Origin: Roseiflexaceae bacterium
GTDB taxonomy: Bacteria; Chloroflexota; Chloroflexia; Chloroflexales; Roseiflexaceae
Direction: 5' to 3'
Length of the DNA stretch: 64,000 nucleotides
Assembly (NCBI GenBank): GCA_046303375.1
Contig: JBKCGB010000071.1
Location: 3,919 to 67,918 of the forward strand
This document shows positions 1 to 10,674 of this stretch, in pieces (the stretch's first letter is position 1; every line of letters starts with the position of its first letter). Position numbers and translations under genes: made by a program. The notes beneath the pieces were generated by a model. It saw only the letters and a program-made list of their open reading frames with translations, ran no database searches and was not told the origin of the DNA.

Positions 1-2217
1 CTCGAGCCGTATCTCGCAGAGTTCACGGCACAGGCACCGGCACAGATGCAGAGTCTCCAACCAAAGTGGGATGCACCACGTCGCATCAGTGTACCGTACC
101 CAGCTGCAGCTGATGAAACGCGTCATCACGTAAATGTGGCCTGGCTCGTGGATGTCAATGATACTGCGGTGGATGCGATGGAAATTGCAATCATCAACGA
201 AGCATTATTGGGATCCGCAGTTGCGCCACTACAAAAACTCCTGCGTGACAGTAATCTCGGTGAAGAGCTAAGTGGTGGCGGATTTGGCAGTAACAAACAG
301 CATTATTTTGTGCTAGGCCTAAAAGGGGTGCAGAAAGCTGACATCGAACAGGTGGTGACAACGGTTGATGCGGCCGTCGCACAAATAATTCGTGATGGAG
401 TCGAAGTAGACCAGATTCACGCAACACTCAATAATTTCGAATTCCGACTACGAGAACTAAGCTATGGCGATCTGCCCAAAGGGCTGGGAATCATGATGGG
501 ACTCAGCGATGAATGGGTGCATGATGGCAAAATAAGCGAAGAGATGTTTGATGCATTCAAGTACGAAGCACCATTTGCAGTGGTAAAATCGCGTTTAGCC
601 GACCCTCAACGCATCCCGAATGTTCTCAAAGAGTTGCTCGTCAATAATCCGCATCGTCTCACACTCATTGTTGCCCCAGATGCAACGCTAAATGAGCGAA
701 TCGAAGCACAAGTGCAACAAACACTTGCTGCCACGCAGGCCACACTCACCGATGCCGAACGTGCAACAATCACAGCTGATGCAGAACGCCTTCGGCGCAA
801 GCAGAGCCAGCCCGATGACCCCATCAATCTGAGCAAAATTCCACGGTTAACGCGTCTAGACATTGACGAGCGCGCCACGGATACTCCGTTTGAGGTGACG
901 AGTGTAGCAGACATTCCGTTTTCGTTTGCACCGCTACAAACCAACGGAATCGCATATGTGCATGTCACATTTAGTTTGGCCCATATCCCACCAGAACTAC
1001 TGAGTTATTTGCCCATCTACATCAGTGCACTAGAAAGTATCGGTGCCGGTCCCTACGATGCTACGAAGTTGATGCAACAAATTGATATTCACACGGGTGG
1101 CATCAGTGCATCGACGCTGTGGGGACGACATCGCATCACGGGAGAAACGCACGGGCATGTGCTCTTTGGTGGGCGTGCAGTCATTGCAAATAGTGCGAAG
1201 ATGTTTGAACTCATGTCGTACATGGTCAATACGCCACATTTACAAAATCGCGAGCGCATCCTACAGATCATCAAAGAGGACAAAGCGAGTCGCGAAGCAC
1301 GTCTGTTGCCAGCAGGACATGCGATCATCAATACGCGCCTTCGCGCCAAGCATAATCCGCTTGCCAACATAAACGAACAACTCGGCGGTATTACCTATTT
1401 ACGGTTTATTCGTACGCTTGCGGAACATGCAGATGCCGAGTGGGAGCATATTTTCCACAACTTGCAACGCATCCATACAGCTATCTTTCATCGTAACAGT
1501 ATGCGCATCAACGTGGTCTGTAGCCAGGAACACATTCCTGAACTGCAATCTGCGGCTGCGGCGTTTATTGCAGCGATTCCCGAGCACAAGGTGCCTGTGA
1601 CGACATGGCGACACATTGATTTACCCAACAATGAGGCGCTGATTGCCACATCGCAGGTTAATTATGTGGGCGTCGTGGCGCCACTACAGCAGCTCGGGTA
1701 TACGGTGAGTGGTGCTGACATCGTGGTCAACCGCTATCTATCACAGAGTTATTTGCATGAGCACATCCGTGAAAAAGGGGGGGCATACGGAGCATTTAGT
1801 GTCCTCGAAGTACGCAGTGGTTTGCTCACCATGCTGTCGTACCGAGACCCCAATATCACGCAAACACTCGACGTGTATGCAAAGGCGGGAAGTTGGCTCC
1901 AGCAGCTGACAATCGACGAGGATACGCTGTTGCAATCGATTATTGGTGCATCAGGTGACCTCGACAACTACATGCTCCCATCAGCACGTGGATTTACTGC
2001 GTTCAGCGATTATCTCAGTGGGATAGACATCAATTATCGACAAATGATTCGTGACCAAGCACTGCACGTGACCATGGCAGATTTTGCCCGCTATGGTGAA
2101 GTACTCACACGTGCCGCTCAGCACTGGGAAGCAATCGTGCTCGGTGGTGAGAATGCAATTACGCAAGCGCGCCTTGCCCAACCCGGTTTGTTTGAAACGT
2201 CGACCAACGTGCAGTAA
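1..2217 (+). CDS. M16-family (PreP/Cym1-like, M16C) metallopeptidase, C-terminal ~735 aa; the 5' end lies upstream of the window
   Basis: Frame 1 is open from nt 1 (LEPYLAEFTAQAPAQ precedes the first Met at 46), so the window edge truncates the gene. It is a long two-lobed sequence with the HIREKGGAYGAF motif typical of the C-terminal half of presequence-protease-type M16 enzymes. The stop codon TAA at 2215-2217 overlaps the AAGGAG RBS of murA. Confidence 0.75.
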   Translation, partial: LEPYLAEFTAQAPAQMQSLQPKWDAPRRISVPYPAAADETRHHVNVAWLVDVNDTAVDAMEIAIINEALLGSAVAPLQKLLRDSNLGEELSGGGFGSNKQHYFVLGLKGVQKADIEQVVTTVDAAVAQIIRDGVEVDQIHATLNNFEFRLRELSYGDLPKGLGIMMGLSDEWVHDGKISEEMFDAFKYEAPFAVVKSRLADPQRIPNVLKELLVNNPHRLTLIVAPDATLNERIEAQVQQTLAATQATLTDAERATITADAERLRRKQSQPDDPINLSKIPRLTRLDIDERATDTPFEVTSVADIPFSFAPLQTNGIAYVHVTFSLAHIPPELLSYLPIYISALESIGAGPYDATKLMQQIDIHTGGISASTLWGRHRITGETHGHVLFGGRAVIANSAKMFELMSYMVNTPHLQNRERILQIIKEDKASREARLLPAGHAIINTRLRAKHNPLANINEQLGGITYLRFIRTLAEHADAEWEHIFHNLQRIHTAIFHRNSMRINVVCSQEHIPELQSAAAAFIAAIPEHKVPVTTWRHIDLPNNEALIATSQVNYVGVVAPLQQLGYTVSGADIVVNRYLSQSYLHEHIREKGGAYGAFSVLEVRSGLLTMLSYRDPNITQTLDVYAKAGSWLQQLTIDEDTLLQSIIGASGDLDNYMLPSARGFTAFSDYLSGIDINYRQMIRDQALHVTMADFARYGEVLTRAAQHWEAIVLGGENAITQARLAQPGLFETSTNVQ

Positions 2218-2226
2218 GGAGCACAG

Positions 2227-3516
2227 ATGGATCGGTTTATCATTGAAGGTGGTCATCGCTTGTCCGGGAGTATTCGCCCTGCAGGCAACAAGAATGCTGC
2301 ACTGCCACTATTGGCCGCCACACTCCTGAGTGCAGAACCTGTGACTTTACGCAACATGCCAGAAATCGGTGATGTGGTCACCAAACGTGCTATTTTGGGT
2401 GGGCTCGGCGTACAAATCACACCCGTTGGTGACCATGCATGGCAGTTTCACACCCCTGAACTCAAAGTTGATGACCCTGACGCACAGCTAGCACGGCGCA
2501 TCCGCACATCCATCCTTTTGGCTGGACCACTGCTGGCGCGCCGGGGACATGTGCGCTTGCCACGCCCTGGTGGCGATGCCATTGGGCGGCGCCGTCTCGA
2601 TACACACTTCCACGCCTTACGCGCCTTGGGTACCAATGTAGAAATCACACCAACGGAGTATGTCCTCACCACGCATGGATTGCACGGCAGTGACATTTTT
2701 CTCGATGAAATGAGTGTGACAGGTACCGAACAAGCGATTTTGGCTGCCGTTTGTGCACGTGGCAGCACGACGATTGCAAATGCTGCTTCTGAACCACATA
2801 TTCAAGACCTATGCAACTGTTTGAATGCCATGGGCGGCCGTATTAGTGGCATAGGCACGAATTTCTTGACTATAAACGGAGTGGAAACACTACATGGTAC
2901 TGACTTTGAAATAGGGCCCGACTACATGGAAGTAGGGTCGTTTATCGGCCTCGCGGCAGTCACCGGAAGTGAAATTCGCATCACAGGAGCCCGCCCGCGT
3001 GAACATCGTATGACCAAAATCGCCTTTGGGCGACTCGGTGTACATTGGCGTGATGACGGAGACGATATTGTGGTGCCTGGCAATCAAGAATTACGCGTAC
3101 AAGAAGATGCACACAACGCTATCCCTAAAATCGAATCCATGCCATGGCCAGGCTTCCCTGCTGATTTACTCAGTATCGCCATAGTTGTGGCGACGCAATC
3201 AAATGGCACAGTTCTCATTCACGAGAAATTGTTTGAAAGTCGGCTGTTTTTCGTGGATCGATTGATTAGTATGGGGGCAAAAATCGTACTCTGTGATCCA
3301 CATCGCGCCGTAGTTGTGGGCGCATCTCGGTTGTTCGGTGAACCAGATGGCATGCCAAGCCCCGACATCCGTGCCGGTATGGCGCTGCTGATTGCGTCAC
3401 TGTGTGCGCGTGGCAAAAGCGTCATTCACAACATTGCACAGATTGATCGTGGATATGAAGCCATCGAACAGCGCCTGCAAATGCTAGGAGCACGAATTGA
3501 ACGCACCCGTGGTTAG
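2227..3516 (+). CDS. murA: UDP-N-acetylglucosamine 1-carboxyvinyltransferase
   Basis: The N-terminus [34 protein letters not shown] and the 429-aa length match MurA/EPSP-synthase-fold enolpyruvyl transferases. An AAGGAG RBS lies 6 nt upstream. Confidence 0.95.
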   Translation: MDRFIIEGGHRLSGSIRPAGNKNAALPLLAATLLSAEPVTLRNMPEIGDVVTKRAILGGLGVQITPVGDHAWQFHTPELKVDDPDAQLARRIRTSILLAGPLLARRGHVRLPRPGGDAIGRRRLDTHFHALRALGTNVEITPTEYVLTTHGLHGSDIFLDEMSVTGTEQAILAAVCARGSTTIANAASEPHIQDLCNCLNAMGGRISGIGTNFLTINGVETLHGTDFEIGPDYMEVGSFIGLAAVTGSEIRITGARPREHRMTKIAFGRLGVHWRDDGDDIVVPGNQELRVQEDAHNAIPKIESMPWPGFPADLLSIAIVVATQSNGTVLIHEKLFESRLFFVDRLISMGAKIVLCDPHRAVVVGASRLFGEPDGMPSPDIRAGMALLIASLCARGKSVIHNIAQIDRGYEAIEQRLQMLGARIERTRG

Positions 3517-3769
3517 ACGACAAATTGTCTGGCTGATTGCGTTGTTGTGCGCATTACTGATTGCGCGACTCTGCATACTACTATTTGCAGCACGTCCTGA
3601 CAATTTCGGTGTAGGCGTGTTACTCAGTGTGACCAATGGGATCGTCTGGCCACTCGCATGGATCGATGCAACACAACCACAATTCGGTGCACGCTTTGAA
3701 CGCGGCACGTTGTGCTTAATCATCGTGGGCTTGATTGCACTCAATCGCCTCACCAAGTCTATGCGTTGA
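3509..3769 (+). CDS. hypothetical small membrane protein (two hydrophobic segments)
   Basis: The ORF track starts at TTG 3497. An in-frame GTG at 3509 overlaps the murA stop by 8 nt. The translation [26 protein letters not shown] ... [11 protein letters not shown] has two TM-like stretches. I recognise no family. Confidence 0.3.
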   Translation: MVRRQIVWLIALLCALLIARLCILLFAARPDNFGVGVLLSVTNGIVWPLAWIDATQPQFGARFERGTLCLIIVGLIALNRLTKSMR

Positions 3770-3790
3770 GCACCTGGCGACAGTAACGCG

Positions 3791-4408
3791 TCATGCCTGA
3801 TGCCGGCGCTCGAGTTCAGCCATTACAGCTTCGAGTGGTACTCCCTGATTGGCCAACAACACCAATGCGTGATAGAGAAAATCTGCTGTTTCCCATGTGA
3901 GCTCAGTTGCAGAGTCGTTTTTTGCGGCAATAATCATTTCGGCAGCTTCCTCACCGATTTTTTTGCCAATCCGATCAACTCCCCCGACAAACAGCTTGGT
4001 CGTATATGAGTCTTCTGGCATCTGCACTTTGCGCACATTGACTAGCACATCGAGTCGCCCTAACATGCTCAACGCTGGCACGCGCGATGCGGTGGGCGTG
4101 CCATCAAGCTGCCATGCAAAACAGGATGGGGCACCGGTATGGCACGTCGGACCAATGGGTAATGCAAGCACGAGTAATGCGTCATTGTCGCAGTCACTTC
4201 GAATTTCAATGAGTGACAAGTAATGACCAGAGGTTTCCCCTTTGGTCCACAATTGTTGGCGGCTCCGGCTAAAAAAGGTGACATGTCCACTCGTTTGCGT
4301 GGCACGCAATGCTTCTTCGTTCATGAAGCCCAACATGAGCACTTCGCCGGTGTGCGCATGTTGCACGATCGCTGGAATCAGACCATGTGCATCAAATGTG
4401 AGTATCAT
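3791..4408 (-). CDS. hisIE: bifunctional phosphoribosyl-AMP cyclohydrolase / phosphoribosyl-ATP pyrophosphatase
   Basis: The N-terminal HisI part reads GLIPAIVQHAHTGEVLMLGFMNEEAL...WTKGETSGH...DCDNDALL...CHTG. The C-terminal HisE part reads IGEEAAEMIIAAKN...ETADFLYHALVLL. Confidence 0.93.
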   Translation of the reverse strand: MILTFDAHGLIPAIVQHAHTGEVLMLGFMNEEALRATQTSGHVTFFSRSRQQLWTKGETSGHYLSLIEIRSDCDNDALLVLALPIGPTCHTGAPSCFAWQLDGTPTASRVPALSMLGRLDVLVNVRKVQMPEDSYTTKLFVGGVDRIGKKIGEEAAEMIIAAKNDSATELTWETADFLYHALVLLANQGVPLEAVMAELERRHQA

Positions 4409-4410
4409 AA

Positions 4411-5937
4411 TTAGTGCCTAAAATGTCTTCGACCGGTACAAATCATTGCGACTCCGAGTCGATTCGCTGCCGCAATAACATCGTCATCACGCACTGAACC
4501 ACCTGGTTGCACAATGGCCGTTACACCGGCGGCAGCGGCTGTCTCAACACCGTCTGGAAATGGGAAAAAGGCATCACTCGCCATGACACACCCCTGCAGC
4601 GAAAGTCCTGCACGGAGGGATTTCTCGACTGCGACACGCGCACTATCCACGCGACTCATTTGCCCGGCACCAATGCCCAGTGTGCGATCCTCGGCCGTGT
4701 AAACGATTGCATTCGACTTGACGTGTTTGACTACACGCCATGCAAATGCCAACGCGGTATGTTCACGTGGGGTGGGTTGGCGTGTGGTCACACACTGCCA
4801 GACTTCACCACGTGGAAATTCACGATCGGGTTGTTGCACCAAATACCCTCCAGGGATGGAATGCACCTGGGGCAGTTGATTATCACTGATACGACCATTG
4901 GCGACGACGAGCCTGCGGTTCTTCTTTTGCTGAAGCAATGCGAGTGCATCGGGGGCAAAGGCGGGAGCAATGATAATCTCAGAAAATATCTCATCAATGG
5001 CATGTGCAAGTGCAATATCCACTGTAGCATTGAGTGCGATTACACCACCGAACGGTGCTTCTCTGTCAGTAGCAAAGGCTTTTTGCCATGCCTCAAGTGG
5101 CGTCGCACCAACCGCAACACCACATGGATTGGTGTGTTTTACGATGGCCAGTGCCACACCGTCTTGATCATTGAATTCCTCAATGAGCTCTTGGATGGCA
5201 GCGATGTCGAGAATATTGATGTATGAAAGCTCTTTGCCATGCAACACCTGGAATTGCGCGTCAAAGGAGCCATAGAGTGCACCTGCTTGATGGGGATTTT
5301 CACCATAGCGCAACACACGGCTCAACGGCACATCAATTGAGAGAAACGCAGGCAAGCCAGGGGCTACGGATGGCGCCAAGTAGCTCGCAATGGTAGCATC
5401 ATAGGCGGCAGTATGTGCAAATGCTTTGGCAGCCAAGCTCCGGCGCAATTCCGCAGTAACGGAGCCACTGCGCAACGCACTGACAACCGCATCGTAGTCG
5501 GTAGGTGACACCACAGGCAACACGCTCGCGTGATTTTTGGCACTGGCACGTATCATGGCAGGGCCACCGATATCGATTTGCTCGATGGCTTCTGCATCAG
5601 TCACACCAGCTTTTGCAATAGTATCTGCGAACGGGTATAGATTCACAACAACGAGATCAATGGCAATGATACCATGCGCAGCCAATGTTTCCATGTGATT
5701 CGCGAGATCGCGCCGCGCCAATATTGCACCATGGATGGCAGGATGGAGAGTTTTCACACGACCATCAAGAATTTCAGGGAATTCGGTAATGTCGCTCACA
5801 CTCCGTACCGCCACACCTGCAGTAGCAATAGCGTGCTTGGTATTGCCAGTAGAAAAGAGCTCATACCCTAATGCGACGAGTTGCGTCGCAAATTCGACGA
5901 CTCCGCGCTTATCTGACACACTAATCAGTGCCCGCAT
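4411..5937 (-). CDS. purH: bifunctional AICAR transformylase / IMP cyclohydrolase
   Basis: It has the MGS-like N-terminus [15 protein letters not shown] and the motifs [13 protein letters not shown] and [13 protein letters not shown]. At 508 aa it ends 2 nt upstream of the hisIE start. Confidence 0.95.
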   Translation of the reverse strand: MRALISVSDKRGVVEFATQLVALGYELFSTGNTKHAIATAGVAVRSVSDITEFPEILDGRVKTLHPAIHGAILARRDLANHMETLAAHGIIAIDLVVVNLYPFADTIAKAGVTDAEAIEQIDIGGPAMIRASAKNHASVLPVVSPTDYDAVVSALRSGSVTAELRRSLAAKAFAHTAAYDATIASYLAPSVAPGLPAFLSIDVPLSRVLRYGENPHQAGALYGSFDAQFQVLHGKELSYINILDIAAIQELIEEFNDQDGVALAIVKHTNPCGVAVGATPLEAWQKAFATDREAPFGGVIALNATVDIALAHAIDEIFSEIIIAPAFAPDALALLQQKKNRRLVVANGRISDNQLPQVHSIPGGYLVQQPDREFPRGEVWQCVTTRQPTPREHTALAFAWRVVKHVKSNAIVYTAEDRTLGIGAGQMSRVDSARVAVEKSLRAGLSLQGCVMASDAFFPFPDGVETAAAAGVTAIVQPGGSVRDDDVIAAANRLGVAMICTGRRHFRH

Positions 5938-5939
5938 TG

Positions 5940-6245
5940 TTATTTGTCTTTCATGCGCCGTTTACGCATCGTTACTTGCTCTTTGATGGCTTTGGGAGGG
6001 CGACCTGTGCGAATGTTGCGTAATGCATGCACTAAAGCTTCCAGTGATTTATCTGCCCAACCGTATATGGTCGGACGGCTTTTATCAAGAGCAATAGCTA
6101 TTTGCGTCACGTTCGTACGATAGTCAGGGTCAAATGTAGCCAAATGCACGCGCGCAGTGGCCACTATCTGCTGAATCTCATCTGGTGAAAGATTGAGATC
6201 CTCAATCAACTTCTTGGCACGGCGATTTTGTTCAGCGTTTTGCAT
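5940..6245 (-). CDS. small helix-turn-helix protein (101 aa), putative DNA-binding regulator
   Basis: There is an HTH-like segment VTQIAIALDKSRPTIYGWADK and a basic tail KEQVTMRKRRMKDK. Its TAA stop (5942-5940) lies 2 nt from the purH ATG (5937), so the two are probably co-transcribed. Confidence 0.55.
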   Translation of the reverse strand: MQNAEQNRRAKKLIEDLNLSPDEIQQIVATARVHLATFDPDYRTNVTQIAIALDKSRPTIYGWADKSLEALVHALRNIRTGRPPKAIKEQVTMRKRRMKDK

Positions 6246-6386
6246 CTCCGGCTCCGATCACTGTCGATACGGTATCACACAACCTCTTTGTTTATTGTAC
6301 AATATGCATGTTTATAAGTGCAAATGATTTTGTAAATGATTATTCATCAAATACCAATCAGTTGCACTTGGTAATGAGGTATTACA

Positions 6387-8012
6387 ATGCCAGATAGCGT
6401 AACTGGTAAATTACGTCAACACGAACTTTTGTTGCAAATAAGCAATGCGATGACTGCGCAACTCGATGTAAACGCTTTGCTATCGCTGATTATTCATGCT
6501 GCTGTCGATTTGCTCGCCGGGAATGCAGGTCTGATTGCACTGCGCGATGAATCAGGTGAGCTTCACATTAATGCCGCTGCACATATCCCTCCCCCGCAAT
6601 GGTCGGCATTTGCAGCGCTCGTCGAACACTATCAAGACCCAAAGTTTACCAGTACTGACGCTGATCTTGCGAGCATCCGCATCATGGTAGACATGCCATT
6701 ACGCCATGTAACTGCGTTGCCCATGACCTATCACGGCACACACATCGGCGTTATTCTGGTGTTTCGAGCGGCACTCAATGTGGCGTTCAGTGACGATGAA
6801 CAACACGCATTGCTTGCATTTGCCAATCATGCAGCAATTGCAGTCACCAATGCACGTCTGTTCCAGACCTTAATTCGTGAAAAACAGCACCTGTCTACCA
6901 TCGTAGAACAGAGCATAGATGGGGTCATGATTCTCGATGCACGTTGGCGCATCACCACATTCAATCATGCCATGGAACAGTTGACAGGTTGGCCACGCGA
7001 CGAAGCTGCTGGACGCCCATGTGCCGAAGTTGTAGGCATCGAAAGCGTGGATGGTGAAAATCTCTGTCGCGTCGACTGCCCACTGCAACGCCCCACCGTA
7101 GGGAGCTTGGTTCAGGCCGAAGGCTGGATCACTGCACGTGATGGACGGCGCCGATATATCCAGAGTACCTATACCATTCAGCGTGATGCCCAAGAACATT
7201 TCGCCGGGGCAATCGTGCATATCCGCGATATCACACAACAAAAAATCGAGTCAGAAATGCAAAACACATTCATTTCTGTGGTTTCGCATGAACTCAAAAC
7301 GCCAGTGAGTATTATTCGTGGATATGCAGAAATGTTGGCACGCACCGATATCAAGTGGAAGCCGAGACAAATCAAGGAGAGCCTCGATATTATTATTGAC
7401 GAAGCTGACCGCCTCACGCGCGAGATTAATTCGTTGCTGGATGTTTCACACATTCAACTCAATGCGATGCCACTTGAAGTGCATGCGTGGAACATCAAAC
7501 CACTTATCGAACACATTTGTCAACGCTTTGCAGCACCTGCATTGGCGCAACACATTTCCTTTGAAATTCGTATAACAGATGATATGCCAGATGTGTACGC
7601 TGATCGTGAGCGAATTCGCATTGTCTGTGAAAATCTCATCAACAATGCAATAAAATACAGCCCCAATGGTGGGGTGATACGCATCCATGCACGGCCAGAC
7701 AACGGCATGGCGATTATCTCCATCAGTGATCAAGGTGTGGGTATCCCCGCTGAAGAGCAAATACGCATCTTTGATCGATTCTATCGCATCGACAATCGCT
7801 TACGCCGAGAAACACAAGGTTTTGGGCTTGGTCTCTTTATGGCCAAAGCGATCATTGAAGCACATCATGGACACATCTGGGTGGAAAGTCGTATTGGTCA
7901 AGGTGCACGATTTTTCTTTTCTATCCCGCTAGCAATAACTCGTCTCGATGGGCAAACTACTGACGACAAGCATGAAGTCATCGAGCTCACAAAGGAAACC
8001 AATCATGAATGA
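6387..8012 (+). CDS. sensor histidine kinase, GAF-PAS-HisKA-HATPase_c
   Basis: An N-terminal GAF-like region is followed by a PAS region ([31 protein letters not shown]). The H-box is [11 protein letters not shown], and the N and G boxes are [18 protein letters not shown] and [20 protein letters not shown] lies 7 nt upstream. Confidence 0.9.
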   Translation: MPDSVTGKLRQHELLLQISNAMTAQLDVNALLSLIIHAAVDLLAGNAGLIALRDESGELHINAAAHIPPPQWSAFAALVEHYQDPKFTSTDADLASIRIMVDMPLRHVTALPMTYHGTHIGVILVFRAALNVAFSDDEQHALLAFANHAAIAVTNARLFQTLIREKQHLSTIVEQSIDGVMILDARWRITTFNHAMEQLTGWPRDEAAGRPCAEVVGIESVDGENLCRVDCPLQRPTVGSLVQAEGWITARDGRRRYIQSTYTIQRDAQEHFAGAIVHIRDITQQKIESEMQNTFISVVSHELKTPVSIIRGYAEMLARTDIKWKPRQIKESLDIIIDEADRLTREINSLLDVSHIQLNAMPLEVHAWNIKPLIEHICQRFAAPALAQHISFEIRITDDMPDVYADRERIRIVCENLINNAIKYSPNGGVIRIHARPDNGMAIISISDQGVGIPAEEQIRIFDRFYRIDNRLRRETQGFGLGLFMAKAIIEAHHGHIWVESRIGQGARFFFSIPLAITRLDGQTTDDKHEVIELTKETNHE

Positions 8013-8730
8013 TTTACGTGACAAACTTATACTCGTCGTAGATGATGAAATTAGGCTAACCGGACTTGTACGCATGAACCTTGAATCAGAAGGCGTACGT
8101 GTCATTACTGCGAGCAACGGTCGTGAAGCACTCGACTTAATCCGTGAGGAAATGCCCGAAGTCGTAATCCTCGATGTGATGATGCCAGGTATGGATGGGT
8201 TTGAAACCCTGCGCCGTATCCGCACTGCATCACAAGTCCCTGTCATTATGTTGACTGCAAAAGATGAAGAGAACGATCGCATCAAAGGACTCGAACTGGG
8301 CGCAGACGATTATGTGGGCAAACCATTTAGTCATCGTGAACTCATCAGTCGTGTGCGTGCCGTGTTGCGACGACACTACTTGCCAGCGCCGAGCACACCA
8401 GGTCATATTATTGTCGATGAACGCTTGCAAATAGATTTCAATAAGCGCGAAGTACTCATTAATGGCGAACGCATAAACTTGCGACCAACCGAGTACAGAC
8501 TACTCTACCACTTAGTGCAGCGTGCAGGATTTGTGATGTCTCACAACGAGCTCCTCGCCAAGGTGTGGGGGCCAGAATACCACGACGAAACACACTACCT
8601 ACGGCTGTATGTAACCTATTTACGCCAGAAAATCGAGCTCGATCCCGCAAATCCCGTCTACATTTTGACGGAACGCGGAGTGGGCTACCGCTTCAAATCC
8701 ATTGAATCAGCCACTAATCCAACCGCATAA
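8005..8730 (+). CDS. OmpR/PhoB-family response regulator
   Basis: The start is moved to ATG 8005 ([15 protein letters not shown]), which overlaps the kinase stop as ATGAATGA. The receiver motifs [13 protein letters not shown] and LTAK are present, with a winged-helix C-terminus ([11 protein letters not shown] ... GVGYRF). Confidence 0.92.
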   Translation: MNDLRDKLILVVDDEIRLTGLVRMNLESEGVRVITASNGREALDLIREEMPEVVILDVMMPGMDGFETLRRIRTASQVPVIMLTAKDEENDRIKGLELGADDYVGKPFSHRELISRVRAVLRRHYLPAPSTPGHIIVDERLQIDFNKREVLINGERINLRPTEYRLLYHLVQRAGFVMSHNELLAKVWGPEYHDETHYLRLYVTYLRQKIELDPANPVYILTERGVGYRFKSIESATNPTA

Positions 8731-8741
8731 GGAACAATTCG

Positions 8742-9569
8742 ATGAGCGACAGAATCAGTGAGTCAGTCATTGACGTAGATGCAGCAGACTTCCAAGACGC
8801 AGTGATTGCACAATCATCAATCCGCCCAGTAATCGTTGATTTTTGGGCACCATGGTGCGGACCTTGTCGAACACTTGGACCCATCCTCGAACGACTCGCG
8901 CAAGAGAGTGATGGTGCATGGCTCCTCGCCAAAATCAACGTAGACAACAATCAACGTATCGCACAACAATACGGCGTTCAAGGTATCCCTGCAGTTAAAG
9001 CATTTAAGAACGGCGCCATCTCCGAACAATTCACTGGTGCCATCCCAGAATCACAAATTCGCACATGGCTCAAACGCATTATTCCTGATGCAGCAGATAC
9101 ACAACTCAGCACACTTATTGCACTCGCAGCCAGTAATCCGCACGCAGCCAAAGCGCAACTGGCAAGTTTTGTGAGTACACACCCACAACACACAGAAGCA
9201 CTACTAGTCTACGCTGGTCTGCTAGTACGTAGCAACGACCATGCCGCCATGGACTATTTGCAGCAAATTCCGAGTCATAGTCCGCTCTATTCACGTGCAC
9301 AGGCATGGCGCATGCTCGCACAAGGCATTCAGAGCAGTGTGGTAGTCGAGTCACATCCAACTGCTCAACGTTTTGCCGAAGCAATGCACGCATTCTGTCA
9401 GCACAATGACGCACACACCGTAGATGTACTCTTACAGATTGTTGGCACGGACCGCAAATGGGAAAACGATTTGGCACGGACCACCCTGTTGGCGCTCTTT
9501 ACCATCCTCGGCGATGCTCACCCGCTCGTCCCTGAGGCGCGACGTCAACTTGCAGCACTTTTGTTTTGA
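8742..9569 (+). CDS. thioredoxin-domain protein with a TPR-like C-terminal domain (YbbN/CnoX-like architecture)
   Basis: The active site WAPWCGPCR lies in the first ~110 aa. It is followed by a ~165-aa helical, Ala/Leu-rich tail. Confidence 0.85.
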   Translation: MSDRISESVIDVDAADFQDAVIAQSSIRPVIVDFWAPWCGPCRTLGPILERLAQESDGAWLLAKINVDNNQRIAQQYGVQGIPAVKAFKNGAISEQFTGAIPESQIRTWLKRIIPDAADTQLSTLIALAASNPHAAKAQLASFVSTHPQHTEALLVYAGLLVRSNDHAAMDYLQQIPSHSPLYSRAQAWRMLAQGIQSSVVVESHPTAQRFAEAMHAFCQHNDAHTVDVLLQIVGTDRKWENDLARTTLLALFTILGDAHPLVPEARRQLAALLF

Positions 9570-10673
9570 TTATGTGAGAATGCGCTGATAGAGCGTAATG
9601 GTGTCTGCAACCATCTGTGTCACACGAAAGTGCGCAGCGGTCCAGCGTGATGCGTGCTCAGCATACCGGTGACACAATGCGGTATCAGACCAAAGCAGCG
9701 TCATGGCATGCGCAAGTGCTGATGCGTCAGCGGGTGCAACAACGATTCCTGTCTGCATGTGCTGGTTGACAAAACTCGTCGCCGTACCGATTTCGCAGGT
9801 AATCGCAGGCAAACCGGCAGTCATGGCTTCGAGGAGCGACAGCCCGAATGCTTCTGCACGCACTTGTGAAGGGAAGACGAAAAATCGAGCAACTCGATGG
9901 AGTGCGTGTACCTCTTCGTCAGACAAAGATCCCACAAAATGCACGCGCGATGCGATACCGTATTGGCGTGCATTGTGTTGCAGCTCACCAGCCAAAGGGC
10001 CATCACCGACTAAAACCAGGGGCATTTCTGCAGGTGTGTCACGCATGGCATCCATTAACGTGTGTAACCCTTTGTAATAACGCATACGCCCAACCCAGAG
10101 TGCACATGAATTAGGAAAACGTGCTTGCCAGTAGGCGATACGGTCGCTATCCGGGTAAGGTGGGGCGTGTATTGCCAATGGAATGACCACACATTTTTCG
10201 ACAAAGCGCAATAACCACGGTGACGAATCGCGATACTGAGGACTGGTAGCAACAATCGCTCGCGCACGTGATAGGGTATGCTGCAACAGTGGTGCATACA
10301 CATAGCGGAGCACGTGCTGACGTACAATATCGCTCTGGTAAGTGACCACCAAAGGCGTATCGCTCCCTAGCAATGCCAAGTCACCACCTGGCCACGGCAT
10401 CTGCAGATGCACCACGTCTGGTTGAAGCTGGCGTACAATAGAAGCAAGCGCAAATGAGAATGCAGAGGATGAAATATCGAGATGGCGCGGCACTCGGTAA
10501 ATGGCCACGCCGTTGTGTAGTTCAGTGGGAGCAATGGCGCCCGCTGCTGGTTGACAGACCACTACACTGACGCGGTGTCCAGCAGCAGCAACACCCTCTG
10601 CTAAGGTGCGCAGATGGGACTCGATGCCCCCCATGACCGGCCAATAGTCTTTGTAGAGATAGACAATATGCAC
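9570..10673 (-). CDS. GT4-family glycosyltransferase
   Basis: The C-terminal GT-B motifs are FVFPSQVRAEAFGLSLLEAMTAGLPAI. The N-terminus VHIVYLYKDYWPVMGGIE looks like a typical GT4 start, so I prefer GTG 10673 over the ORF-track start at 10751, which would overlap the divergent gene by 77 nt. Confidence 0.85.
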   Translation of the reverse strand: MHIVYLYKDYWPVMGGIESHLRTLAEGVAAAGHRVSVVVCQPAAGAIAPTELHNGVAIYRVPRHLDISSSAFSFALASIVRQLQPDVVHLQMPWPGGDLALLGSDTPLVVTYQSDIVRQHVLRYVYAPLLQHTLSRARAIVATSPQYRDSSPWLLRFVEKCVVIPLAIHAPPYPDSDRIAYWQARFPNSCALWVGRMRYYKGLHTLMDAMRDTPAEMPLVLVGDGPLAGELQHNARQYGIASRVHFVGSLSDEEVHALHRVARFFVFPSQVRAEAFGLSLLEAMTAGLPAITCEIGTATSFVNQHMQTGIVVAPADASALAHAMTLLWSDTALCHRYAEHASRWTAAHFRVTQMVADTITLYQRILT

Positions 10674-10674
10674 A

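Noticed and set aside
4507-5226. 239-aa plus-strand ORF inside purH
   Set aside because: It lies antisense to an unmistakable purH frame. It is Cys/Trp/Gly-rich with no family resemblance, which is a typical shadow frame.
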